A DNA stretch of 32,000 nt, from assembly GCA_016720745.1 (NCBI GenBank), contig JADKKA010000006.1:152516-184515 (forward strand), written 5' to 3'. The stretch's first letter is position 1, and each line of letters opens with the position of its first letter. The stretch comes from Chitinophagaceae bacterium. GTDB lineage: Bacteria; Bacteroidota; Bacteroidia; Chitinophagales; Chitinophagaceae. The notes under the pieces are model-generated. The model was not told the origin of the DNA. It searched no databases and saw only the letters and a list, made by a program, of their open reading frames with translations. The position numbers were made by a program, and so were the translations under genes. This document shows, piece after piece, positions 1-7,811 of the stretch.

Positions 1-331
1 CAAGTATCGACCACTGCCCGGTTTCCGGATGGGTGCGATAAAGACTGCCGTCCTTCTCCAGTGTAAATAAATTCTTACCACCTCCCCAGAGCCGGATGCT
101 GTTTCCGTAATGCTGGTCATTCACTGCTGACTTTTCACCGGTACTGAGATTTGTTCGGATAAACTTTCCTGTTGTATCAATGCTGTATAATGCTCCGTTA
201 CAAGTGGTGGCCAGCCGGGTACCCGACCAGTTACCTGATTGACCAATTGGTTTGCTGTTGAATGTTTGTGCAGCGATGCAGGTATAAAAAAACAAACAGT
301 AGAAGAAAAAGGAAGTCTTTTTGCGCGTCAT
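1..331 (-). CDS. Secreted repeat protein, N-terminal part (the gene continues past the window's left edge)
   Basis: Reverse-strand ATG at 329-331 gives MTRKKTSFFFYCLFFYTCIAAQ (Sec signal). It continues open to position 1 with a recurring G-x-LY-x-(I/T) pattern (NGALYSIDTTGKF, DGSLYRTHPETGQW) that suggests a beta-propeller or lectin-like repeat. It is missing from the ORF track because it runs off the edge. Confidence 0.55.
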   Translation of the reverse strand, partial: MTRKKTSFFFYCLFFYTCIAAQTFNSKPIGQSGNWSGTRLATTCNGALYSIDTTGKFIRTNLSTGEKSAVNDQHYGNSIRLWGGGKNLFTLEKDGSLYRTHPETGQWSIL

Positions 332-609
332 CGTCTTGATTTGATTGAGCTAATATCCGTATTTAAGGAGAATTTCTATTGATTATTGTCATGCGAACAC
401 CGATCTTATTATCAGCGTTGATTTTTTAATCCTGCGTCCTGCACTCCCAATGACTTCAGACATCTGTTTACAAATAAACAGACTAACCTTATAAAATTCC
501 CACATTCGGTTTTGTAATTTCCCGATCCTCATCATTTTGAGAAAACTTGGTCACAGGTTGCCGGTAACAATAGTTTAGTGTTGACTGCTTTGGTGTAGCT
601 TGAGCGCAT

Positions 610-2223
610 ATGGAGAGTTTTAAGATTGTGGTTTTCATCATGGCGATCCTGATCAGTCTCACTGCCATTGCCAATAAAAGAAAGCTGCCCTATCCGGTTT
701 TGCTGGTGCTGGCAGGACTGGTCATCGGCTTTGTACCCCACTTGCCCAATCTGGCATTGGATCCCGATATCGTTTTTGTGATCATCCTGCCCCCGCTTTT
801 GTATGATGCCGCATCCAGAACTTCCTGGCATGAGTTCAGGACATCCATACGTCCCATTGCAGCCCTGGCCATCACACTGGTATTTTTTACAACGGTTTCA
901 GTAGCTGTTACGGCACATTACCTGATCCCCGGATTTGAATGGGCACTCGCTTTTATTTTGGGTGCCGTGGTATCACCTCCTGATGCCGTGGCAGCATCCG
1001 GAATTATCAAAGGACTGGGATTAAATAAACAAGTCATCACCATCCTGGAAGGAGAAAGCCTCGTCAATGATGCATCCGCCTTAATTGCTTACCGTTCGGC
1101 GGTTGCTGCAGTAACTACCGGCACTTTTGTATTCTGGAAAGCAGGACTTCAGTTTTTACTGGTAGCCGGTATGGGCATCCTGATCGGTGTACTGGTAGGC
1201 TATGTATTTGTACTGGCCTATAAAAAAATCAGGAATAACCCGGTGGTGGAAACAAGTTTTACTTTATTGTCGCCTTTTATTTCTTACCTCACGGCTGAAC
1301 AGTTTCATATGTCGGGAGTACTGGCAGTGGTCAGTACAGGTTTATTGATTGCCTGGAGAGCACCGGAGGTTTTTTCATTCCGGACCAGGATGCAGGCAAG
1401 AGTCGTATGGGATATACTGGTTTTTTTATTACAGGGTTTTGTATTTATCATGATTGGGTTACAGCTGCCATCCATTATTGCTGATCTTAGTAATTATAGT
1501 TTTATAGAAATGCTGGGTTATGGGCTGCTGATCAGTTTGGTTACCATTACCGTGAGAGTGATATGGGTATTCGCTGGTGCCTGGTGGATGAATTATATGA
1601 AGAAAGGCAGGAAAGAAATGGTTGAAGGACAAAACGATCATTGGAAAAATGTGCTGGTGGTTGCCTGGACCGGAACCAGGGGTGTGATTTCTCTGGCTGC
1701 TGCCCTTGCCTTACCGCTTGTACTGGACGATGGATCCGCTTTTCCCAAAAGGCATTCGATCATATTCCTTTCTTTTGTGGTCATATTTATGACGCTGGTG
1801 GTGCAGGGACTCTCCCTTCCTTTGCTGGTCCGTTTGTTAAAGATCAAGCCACAAAAAGATGCCGGTTCAGAAGACAGGGAACTGCAATTACTACTGGCCA
1901 CGGCCACACTTGAATTTATAGCGCAGGAATACCCTTCCAATAAACCGGACAAAACAAGGGATCTGCTGAAATCGAATTATCAATTATTGGTTTTACAACT
2001 CACAAAAGAAATCCGGATCATTAAAAAAACAGGCGAAGAACCAGTTGAAGGGAATGATCAGCAGCAGGATGCACTCTTAAAGGAGAGATTAAAGATTAAT
2101 CATTTTCAGAGAGATTTACTACTCCACTTGCATAAGGAAGGAGAATTCAGTGATGATGCACTCCGAAAAGCAGAGAGAGAGATGGATATCAATGAATTGA
2201 AGTTGAGCCTGGGGGATCCTTGA
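610..2223 (+). CDS. Na+/H+ antiporter, CPA1 (NhaP-type) family
   Basis: 537 aa. About 400 aa of multi-pass hydrophobic core carry CPA1-like motifs (ILPPLLYDAA, GAVVSPPDAVA, LEGESLVNDASAL, AWTGTRGVISLAAAL), followed by a ~120-aa charged cytoplasmic tail. Confidence 0.9.
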   Translation: MESFKIVVFIMAILISLTAIANKRKLPYPVLLVLAGLVIGFVPHLPNLALDPDIVFVIILPPLLYDAASRTSWHEFRTSIRPIAALAITLVFFTTVSVAVTAHYLIPGFEWALAFILGAVVSPPDAVAASGIIKGLGLNKQVITILEGESLVNDASALIAYRSAVAAVTTGTFVFWKAGLQFLLVAGMGILIGVLVGYVFVLAYKKIRNNPVVETSFTLLSPFISYLTAEQFHMSGVLAVVSTGLLIAWRAPEVFSFRTRMQARVVWDILVFLLQGFVFIMIGLQLPSIIADLSNYSFIEMLGYGLLISLVTITVRVIWVFAGAWWMNYMKKGRKEMVEGQNDHWKNVLVVAWTGTRGVISLAAALALPLVLDDGSAFPKRHSIIFLSFVVIFMTLVVQGLSLPLLVRLLKIKPQKDAGSEDRELQLLLATATLEFIAQEYPSNKPDKTRDLLKSNYQLLVLQLTKEIRIIKKTGEEPVEGNDQQQDALLKERLKINHFQRDLLLHLHKEGEFSDDALRKAEREMDINELKLSLGDP

Positions 2224-2348
2224 GCAGGATGTGATACGAAGGTCAATATCTGTGAATTATATAAGTGCCGGTATCAAGTGTATAATAGTAATCATTAAAA
2301 ATGATACAACTTTGTTAGTGCGCTCATAAAAGCAGCAGGTTTTGGTTG

Positions 2349-2380
2349 GTGCTTCCGGTTTCCGGAAGCACTTTTTTTTT
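2349..2380 (+). terminator. Rho-independent terminator downstream of the antiporter gene
   Basis: GTGCTTCCGG (2349-2358) pairs with CCGGAAGCAC (2362-2371), followed by a T9 run (2372-2380). Confidence 0.7.
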
Positions 2381-2553
2381 GAAGTACATCCTGTTGATTT
2401 CCTGCAAATGCCTGTGAATCCTGCAAAGAATTATAAGCAGCTTGTAATTTATTTCCCGGCCTTCCCCGGATCTTTATTAATCTCCATCTGCTGTTTTTAC
2501 AATGGGGTCTCCCTTTAAAGGCAGTTCATTTTTATTCAATTTAAATCAATTCT

Positions 2554-3126
2554 ATGCCTATTAATTTAGTAAGTCTTGTTCAGCAAAACCTGGGTTATCC
2601 GGCATTAATTAAAATGGATGCGAATACGCAGGAGGCCGTCATTGATACTTCCCTTCCAGCGGAAGATCGCTTTAGTCAGGCAGCCATACCCGCTGTATTG
2701 ATTACCATATATAAATACAGCCGGGCAGATGAAAACGCTGAGAAATTGCTGAAGGATGAAGCTGTTCCCGAATGGATGACCCTGATGCAGGAAAAGGCGC
2801 CCGGGGAAATGATTCAGGTAGTAGCAGACTATGCCGGCATTTCTGCCGAAGAGTCCGGTAACAGGATGAATGCTATTGCTGCAGAATCGGTCCGTTTAAT
2901 AAAACTGGATATAGGGGAGAAGGGAACAATATTAGATCTGAAAAATCTGATGGCCGATCAGCGAAATTTTATTCTTCCTTATTTGCCGGCGGCCATGCAA
3001 CTGGGAGCGATGCTGGATGATTCAACCCTGGATGACAGAACCAATAAAATGCAGGGACCGGTTTCGGGACTCATGCATGCCATCGGAAATAAATTAGCAG
3101 GTTCGGATACAGGCTCAGCCACCTGA
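2554..3126 (+). CDS. Hypothetical protein (190 aa, soluble, acidic)
   Basis: A clean ORF with non-repetitive composition, bracketed by terminators on both sides. I recognise no family motif. Confidence 0.6.
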   Translation: MPINLVSLVQQNLGYPALIKMDANTQEAVIDTSLPAEDRFSQAAIPAVLITIYKYSRADENAEKLLKDEAVPEWMTLMQEKAPGEMIQVVADYAGISAEESGNRMNAIAAESVRLIKLDIGEKGTILDLKNLMADQRNFILPYLPAAMQLGAMLDDSTLDDRTNKMQGPVSGLMHAIGNKLAGSDTGSAT

Positions 3127-3133
3127 ATAAAAG

Positions 3134-3171
3134 AAAAATCCGGTAACCGATTGAACGGCTTCCGGATTTTT
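3134..3171. terminator. Bidirectional hairpin terminator between convergent genes
   Basis: AAAAATCCGG (3134-3143) pairs with CCGGATTTTT (3162-3171), with an imperfect inner extension. A-run and T-run flanks let it work on both strands. It sits between the stop at 3126 (+) and the stop at 3211 (-). Confidence 0.65.
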
Positions 3172-3210
3172 TTATGTTGATATAGGATAGGTTAACTATT
3201 GCTTCTTTAA

Positions 3211-4815
3211 TCAATCATTATACGCCTTTGCATAGGCATCCAGTTCATCTCTGGCAGACTGTCTTTCCAGGATCTCATACAATTCATTAAATCTTTGCCT
3301 GTCGGTGATTGTCCGGTAAGCTAGTTTGGCAAGCTGTAGTCTGTTGCTTTCATAGGAAACCAGCAGGATCAGTTTTTTGGTTTGTGCCGACGTGAAGTAA
3401 TTCCCCGATTTATTAAATACTTCAGTGAGCGAAGTCATTTGTTCATTGGGCATGAACTGGCGTTCGATGGATTGATAAAGATTATTGAACTCCATATCAC
3501 TCATTGGATTGATATCCTGCTCACCTGACTGGCGTTTGCTGACATAGATCATCAGTTCACTTCTTTGGGCGGCATTACTGATCAGGCTATACATATCGCT
3601 GAAACGTTCCGGATCAGTTACCCTGTTATAAGCCGATTTGGCCAGGTGTAAACGATGCCCGTTATCAGGTACCAGCTGGATCAGCTGGCTGGCCTGACTG
3701 GTGGTGAAATAATTACTGTTATTATCAAAGGCCGTTGAAATGGAATTCACCTGTGTGGCTACCGGCCATTGTTGCTGAATAGTTGTGTATAGCTGGGTAT
3801 AAGCAGCATCCTCCGTGGGATTTTGATGGGTGATATCCCTGTCGTACCTGTCAACATATGCCGCCAGATTATCCTTACTCGCCTGAGAATTAAAGAGAGT
3901 ATTGACCTGGTAAAAATTACCGGGATCTGTAATGCTCCGGTAAGATAAGCGGGCGAGTTCAAGCCGGTTACTTTCATTATTCGCCAAGGCAATCAGTTTT
4001 TTTGCCTGTGCGGTTGTAAAGTAATTGGAATTGTTATTGAAAGCAGCTGACAGGTAATTGAATTTTATCGTGCTGGACCATTGGCGACTGGCCTCCTGGT
4101 ATATTTCATTGAAGCGGCTATCTGTCATGGCCACCGCATCAGGGTAGGGATCGTCCTGGTAATTGCTGGCATAGTCTTCCAGATCCTGCCGCGATGCCTG
4201 ACTGGAAAATAGATTGTACAATTGGTAAAAATTGTCCTGATCTGTGATTTTACGGTAAGATAATTTAGCCAGTTCCAGTCTGAAACTTTCCGAATTCACC
4301 TGTTGCAGTAACTGTCTTACCTGTAAAGTGGTAAAGTAGCGGTTAGGGTCATCAATGGCATTGGCGATCACTGTTTTCCTTTTGGTTGTAGTATTTTGGA
4401 CCTTTACACTTCTTAAAAGGATGGCGAATGCCTCATCAGTCATGGCGGTGCCATTATTGGCCACATCTTTTTTAGGCTTTTCAATGATTTCAAAACTACC
4501 GTTACCGGTAAGGTTGATTCGCATATTGTATCCCTGCCTGAGGAGGAAAACGGTTCGGGTATTTTCCAGTTTACCACTGCGTTGGTAGGAACGCCTTACC
4601 TGCAGGTTATGCTGCCCCTGCGCCAGATCATAAAGCGTGATAATGGTATTGTTGCCAGCTGATACACTGCTGTTCAGGGTGTAATTCTTGCCATCCAGGG
4701 TGATTTGCGGATTGGTGCTGCTATTGATGTTGATGGTAACGGTGTTGTTGTACTGTTGTGCGGCTACTGATAAACTCAGCAGGCTGACAGATAGAAAAGC
4801 AAAATACTTTTTCAT
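3211..4815 (-). CDS. Secreted protein with four tandem DUF4476-type repeats
   Basis: Signal peptide MKKYFAFLSVSLLSLSVAAQQ, then a ~100-aa beta-rich N-domain. Four ~95-aa repeats follow, each containing NYFT(T/S)xQ(A/V)xxL...(N/E)SNRLxLA(K/R)LSYRxITD...F, which I recognise as the DUF4476 signature. Confidence 0.85.
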   Translation of the reverse strand: MKKYFAFLSVSLLSLSVAAQQYNNTVTININSSTNPQITLDGKNYTLNSSVSAGNNTIITLYDLAQGQHNLQVRRSYQRSGKLENTRTVFLLRQGYNMRINLTGNGSFEIIEKPKKDVANNGTAMTDEAFAILLRSVKVQNTTTKRKTVIANAIDDPNRYFTTLQVRQLLQQVNSESFRLELAKLSYRKITDQDNFYQLYNLFSSQASRQDLEDYASNYQDDPYPDAVAMTDSRFNEIYQEASRQWSSTIKFNYLSAAFNNNSNYFTTAQAKKLIALANNESNRLELARLSYRSITDPGNFYQVNTLFNSQASKDNLAAYVDRYDRDITHQNPTEDAAYTQLYTTIQQQWPVATQVNSISTAFDNNSNYFTTSQASQLIQLVPDNGHRLHLAKSAYNRVTDPERFSDMYSLISNAAQRSELMIYVSKRQSGEQDINPMSDMEFNNLYQSIERQFMPNEQMTSLTEVFNKSGNYFTSAQTKKLILLVSYESNRLQLAKLAYRTITDRQRFNELYEILERQSARDELDAYAKAYND

Positions 4816-4866
4816 ATCGATTATTTTAAAAGGTAAAAAAAGGGCTGGGTCTGGAAGCTACAGGGC

Positions 4867-4962
4867 TCAGCCCTTGTAAGAATAGAAGGTAATGAGGGCT
4901 ATGAGTAATACCAGCGTGGCCAGTATCAGCGCCACCGGGTAATCGCTTCTTTTTTGTTTCAT
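4867..4962 (-). CDS. Possible 31-aa single-pass membrane peptide
   Basis: My own translation: ATG (4960-4962) MKQKRSDYPVALILATLVLLIALITFYSYKG TGA (4867-4869). It has a basic N-terminus and one hydrophobic helix, and lies 51 nt upstream of the DUF4476 gene on the same strand. It is below the ORF-track size cut-off. Confidence 0.25.
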   Translation of the reverse strand: MKQKRSDYPVALILATLVLLIALITFYSYKG

Positions 4963-5314
4963 ATCAATTGATCATTTCGGTATCAGTGATATCTGGTGAA
5001 AAAGGTTTGGATGAACCGATCGCCTTGTCAGACTCTGACATTGCTTAATAAACCAAACACTTTGAGTAGCCAGAATATCAGGAGGATGACCACCACTATA
5101 TTCAAAATGGATTTGATTTTTCTGTCCATCGGAATATACGTGTTGATCAGCCAGAGGACAAGTCCGGCAACAACCAGCGTGATTATAATTGTAAGAATTG
5201 GCAAAATTGACAGTTTTATGATGAGTAGTAAAGATCAGGGTTAAGTATGCTGATCTTGTTACAGCTCCATTAGAATAACTTATAATATTCACAGGTATTT
5301 AGCCGGATTTTCAA

Positions 5315-5340
5315 TAAAAAACCCCGGTAGAAACCGGGGT
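5315..5340 (-). terminator. Rho-independent terminator of the 5380..5733 gene
   Basis: ACCCCGG (5321-5327) pairs with CCGGGGT (5334-5340) around a 6-nt loop. On the minus strand it is followed by a T-run (the A-run at 5316-5320 on plus). Confidence 0.65.
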
Positions 5341-5379
5341 CGTGTTATTGAGAAATATTCGACGTCCTGATATAAATGA

Positions 5380-5733
5380 TTAATTCTTTAAAGCCAGTAA
5401 AAGGCTGTCTTTTATACCTTTTGGGGTGCTCCGTTTTCCGGTTTTTGCCGTAATTGAAGGTTTTTGGCGGCCATCAATCGTAAATAAACTGTCAGACCCA
5501 GGTTGCCTATAAATTATTTCCAAAAGGCTGCCATTCCTGATCACAGATGAACTGGTAACACTTACAATTGGTTCTGCAATATTGGATGCCCCGTCAATAA
5601 ACTGGCGTTGCAAGGGTATGTAATCAGGTGCTGTATATTGAAGTAAAGTTTGGCTTTTGATATGCTGACCCGAGGTTTTTGCCTTGTAAAAGACAAAAGA
5701 GAGAATACTAATTATCAGAATAAGTGATTTCAT
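5380..5733 (-). CDS. Hypothetical secreted protein
   Basis: The ORF is 5380..5745. The internal Met at 5733 gives a classical signal peptide, MKSLILIISILSFVFYKAKTSGQ. A terminator follows directly. Confidence 0.55.
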   Translation of the reverse strand: MKSLILIISILSFVFYKAKTSGQHIKSQTLLQYTAPDYIPLQRQFIDGASNIAEPIVSVTSSSVIRNGSLLEIIYRQPGSDSLFTIDGRQKPSITAKTGKRSTPKGIKDSLLLALKN

Positions 5734-5944
5734 GAGAAAGTACAAGGCTGATTGTCAATGAGAGAAATAAATTTTTTTAAAATCAGGAAGACAAAGATGG
5801 TTGATCCGTCAGCTGATTTTATTACAGGATGGAGTGTTTAATTTATAATATTCACACTTGCCGCTTAGGATTAATATGATATGTATAAAACATTGGTGCT
5901 GGATTGTCGCAGAATTGTCATGAAATAATGATACCGTTTATTTT

Positions 5945-7684
5945 TTACCCTCTCCCAATATTATCTGCCAGTTCTTCGGGTTCCAATTGGGTAATTCCAC
6001 GCATCTTTCTTTTTTTCAAGGGTATTACTTTCACAGGTGCAGATGATTCCTGCGCCGGAGTATGATTCCATTCTTCGTTTTTTACAGGCTGTGATAATCC
6101 CCGAACGGGCATAGGCATTAGTGGTCTTGATATAGTTTCCCTGATATCAGGTTGCTGCCAGAAGTTCCGGTCTTTGCTACTGGTGGTCTTAGGTACCTGA
6201 ACTGGTTCTTCTTTCCGAATAACCTGTAAAGGCTCATCTATTCCATTTTTATTTCTTTGTTTGTTGACGGGTCCCTGTTTTACCGGTTCTTCTTTACCTG
6301 ATTTATTGGAAGGGGCTCTTTCAGGAGGCAACCTGACTGGTTCAACATTCTTCACGGGTTTTTCTATTTCGCGTTTGCGTTCCTGTTTGGGCGCCTGCTC
6401 TTTTGGGATCTGCCTGGCTGGTTGTTTAGAAGATGGTTGTCTTGATGGTGCTTCATTCTTTACAGGTCTTTCTATAACGGGTTTAGGTACTGGTTGTGCT
6501 TTTTGTGGTTGCCTGACCGGTTGTTCTGTCCTTTGTTGCTTTGGTAGATCTGCTTTCCTGATCGGCCTTTCAGTGGCCGGTTGTCTTTCATTTCTTACCG
6601 GCTGTTCTGTTTTCGGTTGCCTTTCCGGAAATGTAGTGGTCGGTTGTTTAGCTGGTTTTTTGTTTTTTTCAGTTCTGTCATTAGCCGGTTGTATAACTGG
6701 CCTTGTTACTGCAGGCTTAGCGGGTTCTGTTGTTTTGGGGAACCGGCCGGGTTGATCATCTCTGTTTCTTTGCTGATCCGTAGCCTGGGTATTTCGATCC
6801 GTTCTTTCTTTTATTTCCGGCGGGCTTTTAAGGGAAGGTTTATTTTTGTCCCGGCTCCGGCTATCTGCATTATTCTTTGTTTGTGGTTTACCGTTATTCC
6901 ATTCGGTTGTTCGCTGCGGAACGGGTTTGCGGCTGATGCCATTTTCTTTTTCAATTTTTGGCCGATAAATATTTAGTCTGTCATTACTGAAGCTTTGACC
7001 AGGTTTATCTCTTTGTCCAATCAGAGCAGGTTTAAAAGAAGTTCCCGTGTATCGTTGCACTTCATCCCGGTCGGGGCCTTTGTTGTATCGGCTCCTGCTG
7101 TCAGGCTCACCATAATAATTATTGATAACATAAGAATTATTGATGATGGTAGTGTTGCCGGATGTGCTGAGATAGAAGTTGAATATATTTCTTTGTCCAA
7201 AATCCCTTTCGCGTACAAAGCGCCAGTAATTATAGGGTTGGTTATAACCATAGTTGTTCGACCAGCTGATACTGATTTCAGGACCAATCGGCGCCCATCC
7301 ATAATAACCAGCAGATCTTCTCCAGGTCACCCAGCCGGGTCCCCATTCGTCACCGGGTATCCATGCATAACCATAGTAGGGGTCAAAGTACCAGCGTCCG
7401 TAATGGAATGCTGCCCATCCCCATTCATAATCCGAGGTCCAGGTCCATCCTGCATCTGTATACAGCCAGTATCCATTATTACTATAGGGTGCAAAATCGT
7501 CTTCCACATCCGGAATCCAGACATAGCCAAAGTCAGGGTTTTCTACCCATTCTCCATAGGGACTCAGGTTATCATAAAAAAGCTGGAAACTAAATGAACT
7601 TTGTGCAGACAACCGGGATGAACCGGCGCTGATCATTGCACCGGTAAGTGCCAGTGCCAGGAAAAATCGGTGAATCGTTTTCAT
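5945..7684 (-). CDS. Secreted W/Y-rich (YXWGXW / DUF6600-like) protein with a ~350-aa P/K/Q/R-rich disordered tail
   Basis: Signal peptide MKTIHRFFLALALTGAMISAGSSRLSAQ. The N-terminal ~200 aa are extremely rich in W/Y/G, with GYVWIP, GYWLYTDAGWTW, WGWAAFHYGRWY, GYAWIPGDEWGPGWVTW and GYYGWAP. The rest is a low-complexity basic, proline-rich tail. Confidence 0.8.
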   Translation of the reverse strand: MKTIHRFFLALALTGAMISAGSSRLSAQSSFSFQLFYDNLSPYGEWVENPDFGYVWIPDVEDDFAPYSNNGYWLYTDAGWTWTSDYEWGWAAFHYGRWYFDPYYGYAWIPGDEWGPGWVTWRRSAGYYGWAPIGPEISISWSNNYGYNQPYNYWRFVRERDFGQRNIFNFYLSTSGNTTIINNSYVINNYYGEPDSRSRYNKGPDRDEVQRYTGTSFKPALIGQRDKPGQSFSNDRLNIYRPKIEKENGISRKPVPQRTTEWNNGKPQTKNNADSRSRDKNKPSLKSPPEIKERTDRNTQATDQQRNRDDQPGRFPKTTEPAKPAVTRPVIQPANDRTEKNKKPAKQPTTTFPERQPKTEQPVRNERQPATERPIRKADLPKQQRTEQPVRQPQKAQPVPKPVIERPVKNEAPSRQPSSKQPARQIPKEQAPKQERKREIEKPVKNVEPVRLPPERAPSNKSGKEEPVKQGPVNKQRNKNGIDEPLQVIRKEEPVQVPKTTSSKDRNFWQQPDIRETISRPLMPMPVRGLSQPVKNEEWNHTPAQESSAPVKVIPLKKRKMRGITQLEPEELADNIGRG

Positions 7685-7811
7685 GATGTGATGCTCCTGA
7701 CAGAATCAGGTGATGATCGTTAATTATTTGAATGATAAAGATGAATCAGGAAGGGTAACAATTTGTTACACACGCATGCTGAAACATTGTATCATTCACA
7801 TACGATCTGCA

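Noticed and set aside
1459-1952. Several 60-104-aa ORFs on both strands inside the antiporter gene
   Set aside because: They are nested within a confidently assigned membrane transporter CDS and show no independent support.
6261-7597. Long plus-strand ORFs (164, 131, 200 and 76 aa) opposite the W/Y-rich protein gene
   Set aside because: These are shadow ORFs created by the strong compositional bias of the minus-strand gene. Their translations are G/C/L/F or low-complexity strings with no start context.
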